From Azolla caroliniana (lineage: Eukaryota; Plantae; Polypodiophyta): a DNA stretch of 64,000 nt. Of the stretch, positions 49,201 to 61,539 are shown one piece after another (the first letter of the stretch is position 1; the number at the start of each line of letters is the position of its first letter). Where the stretch lies: assembly GCA_043228905.1 (NCBI GenBank), contig JBHGNT010000002.1, positions 20,522,001 to 20,586,000 of the forward strand. Reading direction: 5' to 3'. The position numbers and the translations under genes are program-made. A model generated the notes under the pieces. That model was not told the DNA's origin. It searched no databases and saw nothing but the letters and a program-made list of their open reading frames with translations.

Positions 49201-51349
49201 TTTCAAGGGGTCCATTACAAGATAGATGGTATATATGGAAAATTTCTTTCTATCTTAATTAATGCAAAGGGGTACTATATGAATGTAGGATATGTAAGTG
49301 CCTGACTTCACGTCAGTTTATTGTATGTGGAGTTGATGTCAATTGACAAGAACTGAATGTAGGACATGTAAGTGCCTGACTTTACGTCAGTTTATTGTAT
49401 GTGGAGTTGATGTCAATTGACAAGAACTGAATGTAGGACATGTAAGTGCCTGACTTCTTGTCAGTTTATTGTATGTGGTGTTGATGTCAATTGACAAAAA
49501 CTGAATGTAGGACATGTAAGTGCCTGACTTCTTGTCAGTTTATTGTATGTGGTGTTGATGTCAATTGGCAAGAACTGTTGAAACTTTTTAGAACTTTTAT
49601 ATGTTTGAAGACACTCCTGGAACATATATATGTTTGAAGACACTCCTGGAACATATATATGTTTGAAGACACTCCTGGAACATATATATGTTTGAACCCA
49701 AAAGAAGAAGAACGTGCACATACTATATGGACCTGGTAGTTCTCATTATCTTGTGCTTGGAACTGCTTTAATTTCTCTCAGTTCTATAAAGCACTCTGGC
49801 TGGGGTCATAATTGTTTTAATTTGTTCGTAATAAGCAAAGTGAGTTGGCATCTCCATTGACTTTACATTACCAAATTCATGTTTATGGTATGGCAACTTT
49901 CGGACTTCTACAGAATTTCCTTTTTAGCCATAGAAACTGTATGCCGCATGGGTCATGTAAGAGTGCTCTCAAAAGTCAAAGTCTCAAAGACTTCAAATTC
50001 CAATTTTTAGTATTTTTTTTCTATAGGATGCATTATAATGTCATGTTGAAGAGCATTGAGGTGAATGGTCATTCACTTCAAATAGGCGCTCATCTGAATG
50101 GAACCAGTCAACTCTCTGGGACTATTTTTGATAGTGGAACAACATTGGCCTACGTACCTCAGTCAATATATCAAGAATTTCTTGAAGAGGTATTACAGTG
50201 ATCATTGTGAATGGGCAAAAACGTTTTGTGAGATCAGAATGAAGTTCTATTTTAATGCCTATAATAAGAGCTCAGAATATGTTATGGTCTTTTCTTTTCT
50301 ATTGTTTGACAGATATTTCTCTCTCAAAGTGCAGTATTAATGCAGGACAATGATGAGTTTACATGCATTATACACCATGGCAGGTCATTTCTCGTCTATA
50401 ATCTTTTAAATAGTGGGTGTGAGCTGTTGGAACTTTGCCAAATGGGTATGTTTCTTCTGTTGTTGGACAGCTTGGATGAGGACTTTCCTCTACTCATCTT
50501 CACTTTTGAGGGTGGGGCAAACATGACCATCCCTCCGCATGACTACTTCCTCCGGGTGCAACGAGCAAAGGTCAGAAAAATTTCTACTATTTACAAATCA
50601 TTAAATACATTATGTACATAATTAAGCACATTACTTTACAAAGAACACCTAAATACGAACCATAACTTGTGGGTTGTTCACCAAAATACCCCTATTAGTT
50701 TCTATTTACCAGAATACCCCATATCCCCCGTGGTACAAACCGTAACATGTGGGTTATTTAGTTAGATACCTGAAAGCTCGATGGATTTTGGTGTTTTCTG
50801 CCCTAAAAGATATGATGCTGCTTTTCCTTAACTTCAGTTACATCTTTCAGGATGCCTATTGTTTCGGCTTTCTCAGTTCTCCTGCTGACAGCCCTACTGT
50901 GACAATTCTTGGAGGTTTTGTGTCTTTCATGAAGTGAACATAAAAACTTAATCATTTTATTCATGATTTTTCCCTAATTATATATAACCCTTCATCACTG
51001 CCTTTTAATTGTTGCCTAGCAGACTTGGTGCTCAAGAACAAGTTGGTGGTCTATGATCTTGAGAATCAACGAATTGGTTGGATGGATTATAATTGTAAGA
51101 ATGGATGATCTACAATTGCAAATCGACTAATAATATAATTTATATTTTCTAAGCACACCTAAGTTTTAGAAAAAATTCTATTAATTTTATGCAGGCTCCT
51201 CAAATATTACTGTCCAAACTGGCCGTGAGAATCAAGAAATTTTTGCAACCGTGCTTGGTGGTTCAGAACGTTTATTTCTTGAAACATACCTGAGTGTAAA
51301 TATATTGGCTATTGTATTGCTCATTTTTGTGATTTTAGCACTAGATTAG
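36641..51349 (+). CDS. A1-family (pepsin-like, atypical) aspartic protease, A36/A39-like, with signal peptide and C-terminal hydrophobic/GPI-signal tail, ~535-550 aa
   Basis: Exons 36641(or 36686)-37083, 44715-44844, 44977-45191, 47218-47457, 50027-50189, 50313-50383, 50471-50570, 50851-50914, 51023-51094 and 51195-51349. All introns are GT-AG and phase-consistent (1653 nt total). Motifs: [64 protein letters not shown]. Confidence 0.92.
37530..37625 (-). mobile_element. Very short 3'-end RTE-like fragment
   Basis: Contains only the terminal stem-loop (AGGCCAAAATGGCCT on +) and the CT-rich tail. Confidence 0.6.
37930..38910 (-). mobile_element. 5'-truncated RTE/RTEX-like LINE, same family as 9200-11590
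   Basis: Homologous to 10730-11570; [21 protein letters not shown]; terminal stem-loop. Confidence 0.88.
38915..39590 (-). mobile_element. 5'-truncated RTE/RTEX-like LINE, same family
   Basis: [26 protein letters not shown], 3' UTR, stem-loop and (TTTC)n tail. Confidence 0.88.
40690..41000 (-). mobile_element. Degenerate LINE RT fragment
   Basis: Minus strand reads [16 protein letters not shown] (RT motif). Confidence 0.55.
41090..41775 (-). mobile_element. Degenerate RTE/RTEX-like LINE fragment, same family
   Basis: Homologous to 10520-11370 with deletions; encodes [10 protein letters not shown]. Confidence 0.8.
42266..43114. mobile_element. Non-autonomous hAT element (849 bp) with a GA-rich minisatellite core
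   Basis: 21-bp TIR TAGGGATCGGCAACGGYTCGG (1 mismatch), perfect 8-bp TSD ATTGGCAC (42258-42265 and 43115-43122), subterminal AAACGG/AAGCCG/GGCTC repeats. Confidence 0.95.
43115..43912 (+). mobile_element. 3' fragment of a second RTEX-like LINE family with an (AATTCT)n tail
   Basis: [35 protein letters not shown], stem-loop AGGTCA-AAAT-TGGCCT, tail at 43890-43912. Confidence 0.82.
43925..44420. repeat. C/T-rich low-complexity (CATCC-like) tract in intron 1
   Basis: Strong pyrimidine skew with recurrent CATCC/CTCATC; it explains the His/Pro/Ser-rich ORFs. Confidence 0.6.
47525..48352 (-). mobile_element. 5'-truncated, internally deleted RTE/RTEX-like LINE, same family
   Basis: [22 protein letters not shown], stem-loop at 47562-47576, (TTTC)n tail. 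Confidence 0.85.
49281..49576. repeat. Minisatellite, 74 bp x4
   Basis: GAATGTAGGA starts at 49281, 49355, 49429 and 49503. Confidence 0.95.
49598..49696. repeat. Minisatellite, 29 bp x~3.4
   Basis: TATATGTTTGAAGACACTCCTGGAACATA repeated. Confidence 0.95.
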
Positions 51350-51981
51350 CTTTTAATAACCAAGACAATACTTGCACTGCTGTACATATGCACAAAGTTC
51401 ATCCAGTAATAAACTTAGGTCGTTATTCTGTTAACCTTCTGAGTTATTGTCACCTTTCATTTAAAGTTCACTTTTAAATATCTTTTAGATATTTGGTGGT
51501 ATTAGTGTCTCAAATTTTGTCCAATGAAATAAAAGGTGGTATATATGAATGTGTTTTTATCCTAGCAATCCTTGAGTCCTTGGCCTACTTGGTTCTTTGG
51601 GTTGGTTTCCTTCAACTTATATAGCCAATTATCGAGTTAAATGAAATTTAACGTTCCAAGTGTTCTTAAACCAGTTGTTATCGAGCATTTGATGGGGTTG
51701 TGTTGATATTAGAATATTTACATTCATGTTGGCCTCAGCTAAGAAAATGAGAAAGTTGGAAAGTATGTTTGAACATATTCAGCAAAGTTCTCTTGAAACT
51801 AAAATATCTCATACTAGTATATGCTAATCCCATAGTGACCACTCGTTACTCTAAAGTAAATGAAGCATTAGCGAAAAGCAGAAGTCTCATGGTAGATATG
51901 AATAAGGTAGTTGGGAGTGAATGCCAATATTAACAGTCAAGTGCTATTTTTCTTAGATTTTCATTCAAGGTGGGGGATTTG

Positions 51982-52209
51982 TGTAAAAATGGTTCACATG
52001 AGTACATATTAGAATTGTTCAAGGTGCCTTCAATCAAGGTGAATTTTCCTATTTCATCATTAGTCAATTTGTCACACTTGTTCTTGCATTATCCAAGTAT
52101 CCTTTATTTATCATTTTGGCTCTAGATAAGAGTCCAACTAAAACTCAACCTACCAGGATGCCCAACAAGCTCATTGTGATGTGTGCTACGAAATATTGTT
52201 CAGATAATT
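51982..52209 (+). repeat. 228-bp segment duplicated at 59243-59470 (donor copy)
   Basis: No mismatch found by eye between the two copies. Confidence 0.93.
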
Positions 52210-52215
52210 ATCAAG

Positions 52216-52755
52216 TGAATCTTTGGGAGGAGTTGTCAAAACATTCACTGATTGTTCTTTTATAATTATTAGATGAATTTCTTGGAGTCATGATTGATAT
52301 GACAATTGATCATTGTCAAATGAATTGTAGGGAGTCATGATTTATGTCTACATTGATTATCATCCATTGATGACTATTAAATGAGCCTTGGGGAGTCATG
52401 ATTGATATCGCCATTGATTATTGTCCATTGATCATTGTCAAATAAATCTTAGTGAGCAATAGCTAAATGTGATCAAAGGTCATCACCTATATATGAATTT
52501 AACACTTTGAACTCGGGGGAGAATATGCCCATTTGATCATTAGCAAATGAATGTGGGGAGTGTGACGGATCATCATGGCCATTGATCATTATGTTGTCTT
52601 AGATAGCAGAATACATTTCTTATTGCAATCTAAACGAAATTCACTATTGCCCATTGATCACTAGCAAAGGAATATGGGAAATGTGATGGATCAACATATC
52701 CGTTCACCATTTTCTTGTCGTAGGTAGAAGAACAAATTTCTTATTAGGATCTATA
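52216..52755. repeat. Degenerate tandem repeat (TGAAT..GGGAG..CATTGATCATT units)
   Basis: Recurrent ATTGATCATT and TGAAT..GGGAG motifs at ~50-120 bp spacing. Confidence 0.65.
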
Positions 52756-53287
52756 ATGAGTTCACACTACCAAACATGATAGTTGAGCAATAATTATCTT
52801 CCTGCAATAATAAACACCTACGTACGATTAATTCCTTATAAAAGTGTCATTTCTTATCAAAGTGAACCGACACACATCACCAATCATCGTGACCATCAAT
52901 GATTATAGTCATGGGAGGATCCATGTTTATGCGGAGAATTAGATCAAACTTGATTGAGTCATAATTATTAAAATAACGTAACATCTATTCGATTTTGGGC
53001 CTTTGGAAGAGTAGTAAAGGAGCATTGAATTAAAATAACGAAGAAGAGACAAAGGTTTTCAAACGAAAGGAGCGTGGGCCTCCTATAAGGGATACAAACA
53101 AGGGCATGACTATGACAACAAACACTCTAGTAAATGGGCAAGGAGGGGGGGTGTGGCATGAGAGATGATTTTTTTCTTCTAAAAAAAGAGGGACACAAAA
53201 ACATGAAGACCACACACACACTTTGGTCTTGAAAAAAAGGGGATCCACAAGGATGTGGGAGCAAAAGAGAGAAAGAATGGCCCTCTC

Positions 53288-53957
53288 TTACGCGGTTGGC
53301 TTTTGGACTAGGAAGCTAACGACTTGGACTTGGCGCTTGTTGTCGAAGCCGAGGACACGGATGTAGCAGTTGGGGTAGGCCTTCTGGCACTCCTTGATTT
53401 CACGGAGGACAGCACTAGAGTCAGTGCACCCGAACATGGGGAGTTTCCACATGGTCCAATAGCGACCATCGTAGTAGCCGCATCCCTTGAAGTTCTCGCG
53501 GTACACATCTCCGCGGACATCGAACTCGAGGCACGGGATGTACCCTTGGTTAGTGATGTAGGTCACTTGCTTCGAGATTTGCTCGTCAGTGAGGGTGGGC
53601 AAGTAGGACAAGGTCTCGAACTTGGGGTTGTTGTATGGGGGCCACACCTATATGTAATGTACAATACATACATACACATGACAAAGTAGTAGTTACAAGT
53701 TAGTGTTCAAGTTGTGTCATGATGGCTAAGTTCTACCAATGACACTTGGGGGAGGAACCCCCCCTTACCCCTAGGGGACTTACCAACATGCAGCTGACTT
53801 TGCTTCCATTGGAGATGGCCAAGGGTTGAGGTGCCGACTTCCCCGCGAACAATCCGGTGTTGGCCTTGAGGCCGGTGAAGCTCTTGGCGTCGGTGATGGC
53901 GGCAGAGGCCATGCTAGGGGCGGCGGCGCCCAACGAAGCCGAGATGGCGGAGGCCAT
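53288..53957 (-). CDS. rbcS: Ribulose-1,5-bisphosphate carboxylase small subunit precursor, 177 aa
   Basis: Exons 53957-53784 (transit peptide [21 protein letters not shown]|ML) and 53647-53288 ([33 protein letters not shown]); 136-bp GT-AG intron. Confidence 0.98.
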
Positions 53958-54110
53958 TCTAGTTTTAACAGACACAATCAAGTACACACACAGCAAAAGG
54001 CTGCAAGGGGTGGGTGGGTGGGGTGGGGGTGTCCTGGAGCTTTCTTGCTTTTGAGAGTGGGATGGATTGTGTTATTGAGAGGATTGGGTCATCCATCATG
54101 TTTTGCCACC

Positions 54111-54141
54111 TAAATAGAGTTTAGGGAGAAAGAAGATAAGG
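54111..54141 (-). promoter_or_regulatory. rbcS core promoter: TATA-like TATTTA and proximal I-box (CCTTATC/GATAAG)
   Basis: Sense strand reads CCTTATC (54141-54135) about 20 bp upstream of TATTTA (54116-54111), the arrangement typical of light-regulated rbcS promoters. Confidence 0.6.
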
Positions 54142-57100
54142 AAGTACTTTTTGGCCTTTTCCTCACACCCACACATTTTCTCCAATTGCTCACCACCACA
54201 CCACACCAATGTGTGTGTGTGTGTGTGTGTTCCTATCACCCCACCCCACACCCACACTCTCTATCCATATGACTCGCCCAAGAAAAGGAAGAGAGAAGTT
54301 TTACCGCGTCATTTTCGTCGCACTTTTCTTTTTCTATCTTGGGTTTCTTTCGATTTGGAACTATCGTTTTCGTCGACTTTATCGCCTCGCCACAATTTCT
54401 TCCTTTTCTTTCGTTCGTATTTGTGTGTTTGTTTGTTTGTGTGTGTGTATATGTATGCTTTTCGTGAAGCGTGGCAACTTGCGATTCGTTGCTAGCATGC
54501 CATCCGTTATCCTCTTTAATCCACTCATATTTCAAATCCTTTCGTATTACTCCTAGGAGGGGATGTTCACACACACACACACAACACATTTATATACACC
54601 AACATTGTGAACCCCTACGCTCCACCACAGAAACGATTGTAAATTTGTAGTAATAGTACATTCCTCACTCCCGAGCACACACACAAAAAAACTGAAATCG
54701 ACCGTTTTCTTAAACCCTTTTGTGGACCTCTATTCCGACAAGTTTTGTGTATTTCTAATCTTTTTTTTTGAGAGCTCATGTCATTAGCAATATTGCTTAT
54801 TTTGCATTTGAACTTTTCCTAATCCATTTAGGTGGACCTCGTGTCATTGAGTTGGCATAAATTGAGAACGATTGATCGATTGTGTTTGTCTCACCACTGC
54901 ATTGTCTTCCATTGGCCAAATCATTTTTGAAAGTTGGGTGGGTGTAGCCATGCTTGACTACATATTTCATATCCCCATATTGAGTAATCATCTAACACCA
55001 CCGTTTTTATGTCACCCGAAAAGTTAGCAATCATGAAACAGTTAATCTAAATGAGACAACCTAGGATGTGAATGGACATTCGAATCTCTCTCCGTCAATA
55101 AAGAGCATTTGGATGTATTTGTTTGGAAACTATACCATGATAGTCATCCATCACAATAGAAAGAAAGCAACAAACTAGAGAAAACAACAAACTATTTATA
55201 GCTCAATGGATAATTTTCAAGGATTTTTACGACAAGGATTTTTGACAGATTCGGTCAAATATTTCTGTCAAAGAATACAACAAATGTTTGCTAAAAATAA
55301 ATGTAAGGTTGGCAAAATTTGAAAAGTTTGTCCTATTTTCTGAACTTTTAAGGTTTCATTGCCTACAAAACTCGCCGAACCATTTATATTTAGTTACTCC
55401 AAGAGGTTCCTTTATTTCTTTTTTACCCAAGTAACTAACATATTAACATAGTGCTAGATATTTTTTGGTTTGTGGAAATTTAAATTAAATTAAAATTGCA
55501 TTTTTTATGGGCAATGTTATCATTTTCAACCATTTGGTCATGGAAATGTGAATTTACAAGCGACAATTCAATACATTGAATCAGTGGGGATGTCTACATT
55601 ATGTATGAAGGCAAAAGCTTTTACAGAGTTTAAGGTCATACATAAACTAATTTTAGATGTGAAAACTCAAACTTGGAACATGCTACCTTCTGTACATGCA
55701 CATGCCTCATCGCGGGTTCCACACAATTACAAGTTCACCAAGTGACAAACGTCCCTCTATGTTGAAGAATATAATATTATTTCCTATAATAACTTTATCC
55801 CATTGAGAAATTAGACACAAACACTTTTAGTAATGAATGTACCTTCAACACAAGGCACCACCAACACAATTATCACGTTTACATAAAAATGTTGCTTGCA
55901 AGGATATTGTTGTCTTTAACACATACGATAGAAAAGACAAAGTTTGTTGAACGATATTTTTCGAGATTTCGTAGGGTACACGTACTCAAACTACACATGT
56001 TGACGGTCATTTTCCGCCATAACCACTTCAAATATGCATCTCAGTACGACAACCAATGATGCCTTGATTAATACCAACACCCATATGGACAACAAAGGAC
56101 GTGACAACTGGATTTTCAACTATGCTCAAAGAAACAAAATTACAGGAAACAATGATTAGATGTGGTACAATGTTTCCATTAGATCAAGAACACAATGCTT
56201 AATGCACACAATATTTTTTCATTTTATTTAGAATCGTTTTAGGTTTGCAATCTTAGAATGGAACGTAACATTTAACATTTATGAGATTTGAATTTCTTTG
56301 TTGGATAGAATGTGTTTCATATCACTTTGTCGAAGTTGGTTTTTAAGGTGACCAATGCAAAATAGTGGAAACAACTCTAGTTTTTATGATAGATTGTTAC
56401 CTTTCTTGCTAATTTAGAATATCTACAATTCAAAGAAAATAACAAGGCACTTTAGCCTACATTTGTTAAAGCTATTCAACACAATACACCCATATGTTGT
56501 GGCATAGTTGTTCGAGTTGACATTCATGGGTCATATTAAAAGTCCATGTACTCTTGGGTAGTTTAATGGATTGTGGTGGAATAACTAGTGTTTCGTTTGG
56601 ATGCAAGCATACAAGTATATGTACATGTTATGTATATTACGTACGCACATACATACGTTAAGGATGAGGAGATTATTTGTCTACTTTTAGTGAGCCATTA
56701 ACAATAGTGTCTTCTAGTTAATTTATTCTCAAATCGAGATTACATTCTGAAATTATTTTTCAAATTCAGCATCAATGGTTGGAAATGAATCAGAACCATG
56801 CTTGATTGTAATTCAAAGATACAAGGCTACTCTTGATTTATTTTAGCTATCTAACACGATATCAAAAAATAATTCATTAGAAAATCACCCTTGGTAACCT
56901 TAGCTACAAGATCAAAATCCTTAGCTAGTTCATTCAAGCACCGTATGATGGAAATTTACATTGCGACGAGCAATTGATGCAATATGTGTGAGCAACAACA
57001 TAAACTATGAAATAATCTAGAAAATTGGAAGATGTTGATTGGTCTGGTTTCCTAATGGATCACTAATCGACATCGGTCTTCACATTGTGATCCATGTGGC

Positions 57101-57517
57101 TCTATCAAGCACTAAGGTAAAGTATTGAGGCCTAATCATCCTTGTTTGTGAAGCCGTATTGCCCATGTAGATCTTGAAAGACTTCAACATGTCTATCAAC
57201 ACCTACTTTAACTATTTATGGTAACCTTAGTAGCATACTAATTGCATGGAAACTATCTTTCTATGTCATGCAGTTGTGGAAGAAACAAGGGTTTCTAAAG
57301 ACTATCTAGAGTTAACACAAACCTGATCACCACACTAATTTTGAGATATATGTATGTAATTATGTAAATTACAAAGAAAGAAACACACGAGTATAAAAGG
57401 TATAATGAAGTAAGTGTCTCATAATGGAGGCAAGGAAGAGAAATGAGAACCATAACCTAGGTCTAAGGTTAGATAATCAAAAGTTGTGTTACAACTTACA
57501 ATGTGAATACTTTGGCC

Positions 57518-58640
57518 TTTTTTTTCCGAAAAAAAAATACGACATTAGTATTAAGAAAATGCCCTACGCTTTAGATACAAGATGTACCTTTCAGTAATGA
57601 GCCTCTTTTTTCTATAGTCTAACTGTTGGCTTAAATAAATATTTCAGTGTAGAGTAGAAAAAACAATTGGCCACGGTTTGGTTCAAGAATGTCAAAATCG
57701 AACCGTTCAAAATTTTTGAAACCGGAACTAAACCAAACCACGAAAGCATTATGTAAAAATCCAAACCGTTAAAATCACGGTCTCGTGGTTCAGTTTTGGT
57801 TTTCAACTTAGGTCAAAATTCAAATTTAAAATTTTCATTATTTCAAATGTTAATTTTTCAAAGTTTTAAAGTTTTTTCTTAAAATGTAAGAATTAGGCTT
57901 AAAAATGAAAAGGTTGTTTAAAAAATATATTTACAAAAATTAAAAAAACCATCAAACCGTTAAAACCGAACCGAACCGGTCACCCCCCAAACTGAACCGT
58001 TTAAATTGTTAAGTTACGATTTCATGGTTCGGTTCAGTTCAAACGGAACTGTGGCCAATTGTTAAGTAGAACCACTCCTGGACCATCTTATTAGAAATCT
58101 GTCTATAAAATATGCCTTTGTCCCATATAACATGAAACTCCAATTGCTTGAGCTTCACTTGTTGCGTATTACCTTTTACACGATCCAAAGAATCTCTGAG
58201 ATTATGCACAATCTCTGTCCAAATACCATAAATTATTTGGGCAGGTCTTTCAGTTACATTTTGAAATACCTTCAAACACTGAGCCTTCAAAATATACCAA
58301 ATTGTGATACTACTTACCAATTGCCATATTTGAGGTTTATCAGTCTCTATTTGTGGATTCAAAGGTATCAATGTTTTTTGCATCAAACCATGTCTCATAG
58401 CAATAGCATTTGCAACCACCTCTTGTTCATATACCATTGGTTTATCTTGTAGCACCGCCCATAATACCGCTCCCCATGTATACACTACTCATGAATATAC
58501 TCGTATTAACAATGTTATGATTTGTTTTCATATTTCCACAGGAAAACCACAACTCCGCAAACAATGTTTAGCAATCTCTACTAGATCCATACAGAAAGGA
58601 AACACTTGGTCATTTATACAAGTTCGAAACCATAAAGGAT
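57518..58640 (-). mobile_element. 3' fragment of an L1 LINE interrupted by a hAT MITE
   Basis: C..D..EIAKHCLRSC, IWQLVSSITIWYI. The frame EWFY|STLKYLFKPTVRL* resumes across the MITE, and a short A-tail lies at 57518-57525. Confidence 0.78.
57661..58064. mobile_element. Non-autonomous hAT/MITE of the same family as 22986-23410, inverted
   Basis: TIR AACAATTGGCCAC / GTGGCCAATTGTT; 8-bp TSD AGTAGAAA/AGTAGAAC (7/8 match). Confidence 0.88.
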
Positions 58641-59242
58641 CTCTTACACATTATAAGCTCATTGGACATTGGTCGTTGCCATACGCACTCACACACAAAC
58701 TATCATTAAACAAATCAGTAAGCGCACGCACACACACACACAGATGTTCTCATGATAGTTGATATTGTGGATTTGTACATAACTATCGGTAACTAGTCAC
58801 GATTTTACCGATTGACGAAGTTGTTGGGGTTGTGCTTTACTTGGTTGATCCATAAAATTTTGATAACCTTCTTATGTGTCAAAGACAAGATGAGGCTCCA
58901 TAGAGTGCACATTCATTGCTTTTGCATAGAAAGGATAGGTTAGGTATTGGACCATGCTTTTTCTCTATTTAAGGGTTGGAGTTTAGGCATTTGTCCTCCT
59001 ACTTTGATAGCTTAGTTTTGCCTTTTCTATGAGGGCTTACTTGGGCTGCCTATTAAGTTTGATGTCGGCTCAACATGCTCAAGTGGTGTTTAGATGAATT
59101 GATATTCCCAAAAATGGCCAACATTACTGATACCTTGGAGTGTTACACTTAAAAGGATCACTATCAAGTGTGGAGTGTTCATCTTCCTCACGGTGGGCTA
59201 AGCGAAGGATTAAGTGACGTCAATCCTCAACACAAGTATAGA

Positions 59243-59470
59243 TGTAAAAATGGTTCACATGAGTACATATTAGAATTGTTCAAGGTGCCTTCAATCAAGG
59301 TGAATTTTCCTATTTCATCATTAGTCAATTTGTCACACTTGTTCTTGCATTATCCAAGTATCCTTTATTTATCATTTTGGCTCTAGATAAGAGTCCAACT
59401 AAAACTCAACCTACCAGGATGCCCAACAAGCTCATTGTGATGTGTGCTACGAAATATTGTTCAGATAATT
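59243..59470 (+). repeat. Inserted copy of 51982-52209 flanked by a 17-bp direct repeat
   Basis: TCCTCAACACAAGTATA occurs at 59224-59240 and 59482-59498. Confidence 0.93.
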
Positions 59471-59585
59471 CTAATATGTACTCCTCAACACAAGTATATA
59501 ATAAAGGTGAATGGCTTAGAGGTTAGAGCCATAGACCTTCTACTATAGATGTAGAGTTTGGATCTATACAACACAAGTATTTTTT

Positions 59586-59780
59586 CTTTTTTCTTTTTCG
59601 AAGAAAAATAGGAATATTTGCATTAAATGTTAATTTTAGGTGCCTCTTTTTCTATAAAAGACACACATTAAGGGTATTTATTCATTTTTTCTTTTTTGAA
59701 GAAAAATAGGAATATTTGCATTAAATGAGAAAATTAGGTGCCACTTTTTCTATAATAGGAAGAGAAGAGGGCTTATTTCG
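59586..59780. repeat. Degenerate tandem duplication (~100 bp x2)
   Basis: GAAGAAAAATAGGAATATTTGCATTAAATG..TTAGGTGCC..TTTTTCTATAA occurs twice. Confidence 0.8.
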
Positions 59781-60437
59781 GGTCGCCCATATTGTGGTCT
59801 GGAGTGTACCATTAGAGATCGCTTATTTTGTGTTTTAGGAGTGCACCATGAAGGTTTTGTGATGCTTTTCATCATCATCTTCTTCTCCTCAATGTACTTG
59901 AGGTCTTAGGGTTCTATTTTCCTCTTCATCAGGAATATTAGGGTTCTTAGATCTTGTTCTCAGGCGTACCTTGAGACCGATTCTCTAGCAAGCACCATTA
60001 CGCGTTGGTAGATTCAAAGAAGGGGTTCAACAAACTCACATGCCGCCGATCGTTTGAATGGAGGACAAAGTGGTTGAGAACAATACTCTGATTCAAGGCA
60101 TTTTAGCCGTCGGGGGTAGTCATGGTCTTGGCAACCCACTTGACTCACACCTTCACCAAAAACTCGGCTGGCTCCCTAACTTTTGTTTTCGTTTAAACTA
60201 AATGGTTACATTCTAATCGTTCATTGTATCATTTCTCGTTACCACCGTTGTAACTATTCACTATCTATAATTTTGTGACGTCTATTTTGGAAAGGGAATT
60301 TCTTTCGTAATCTAGCATTTTCGGCCTACAAAGTGGCCCCTTTTGGTCTTAATATTGTGCAAACCCCTCGTAATCTCATGTTCCTCGTGCTAATTGTGTT
60401 TCTTGATCCTAACCTCGCACGCAATCGAGCATCATAC

Positions 60438-60573
60438 GAGCCTTTGACACTGAGGAACCTTCGACTCATCACTCCCTTTGAGTTTGGTGAGCCTTCGACT
60501 ATGAGGAGCCTTCGAGTCAGAAGACCTTTCGACTCCTAGGAGCTTTCAACTCTTGGGAGCCTTCGAGTCTTGA
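60438..60573. repeat. Degenerate ~18-20 bp tandem repeat (GAGCCTTCGACT core)
   Basis: About seven imperfect copies. Confidence 0.7.
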
Positions 60574-61539
60574 AATGTCTGCACCCTCCTAGACTTTGCG
60601 TCCTCCCTATTCCTAGACCCACGTGGTCCTACTCAAGTAGCGCACGCGCGTGCACACACATTTACGTGACAATGGTTTGATTCCTTGAAGCTCAAGAAGA
60701 AGAAGTTGTAAAAATTATAATATAAATGGCTACCAAAGTTCTTCTTTTAAGCTCCGAAGAAGGTAGGCTCACTTGGTGATATGGGCAGTAGGATTCTTCA
60801 AAAGAATAGATAGACTTGAAGCCTTATGACCTTAGCCACAAATGGTTGGAGATGTGAGTAGAATGTGAATTGTAGCAGATTATTGCCAAAAGAACCCAAG
60901 GCCTCAACTGAATGCTTTGATATCTCTGATTAGGGATTGTAGAGTCAATGAGGATTTAAGTTCTTAGAAAGATCCATGTGAACCATATAGCTCATACAAG
61001 GTTGGGGAGCCAAGCCCCAGTAATAAAGGTGTGGCTTAGGCTAACACCCAAAGGTAGTTATTAATTGGAAGCACACACGATGACAATGAATTATGATTTG
61101 TCTAAACCTTCAACCTTGGCGAAGAACTAGAGAATATATTGTTATGGAGGATCAACGTGTAAATACACAATGGAATAGATTCAGTCAATTGGGTCTTTAA
61201 CCCACTCAGACCATTCTTAGTCTTGCTTTCATAGTGTTATGTGCACCTAAGTAAGCAAATACATATCCAACTCGAAGGATGCGGTTAATGTAGTAACCTT
61301 ATAACATCCTCTATCTAATCTTCTCTCTTAAGAAACAAGTGGTTAACCATAGAGGTTATCCAACCTACCACAATGAATATATCTCTTCCTATTAATCACA
61401 TGTATGGAGTTGTTGCCACTTGTTCTCTCCTGACACTTCCCCTTAAGAGCTTTTCCCACACTAACTCCATCCATTTTGATTCACAACCAGATTTGTATTT
61501 TTATAGATAGCTCCAACACCATCCACACTTGGGCTCCCA

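Noticed and set aside
49281-49696. CRISPR-like appearance of palindromic repeats
   Set aside because: The units are contiguous with no unique spacers, there are no cas genes, and the context is a eukaryotic intron.
53324-54113. + strand ORFs over rbcS and its high GC content (possible foreign origin)
   Set aside because: They are antisense shadows of a GC3-rich, highly expressed gene that has a normal plant intron, transit peptide and promoter.
55000-57400. Possible decayed DNA-transposon or Helitron coding sequence (also 2300-3050)
   Set aside because: I could not identify any diagnostic motif or termini by eye.
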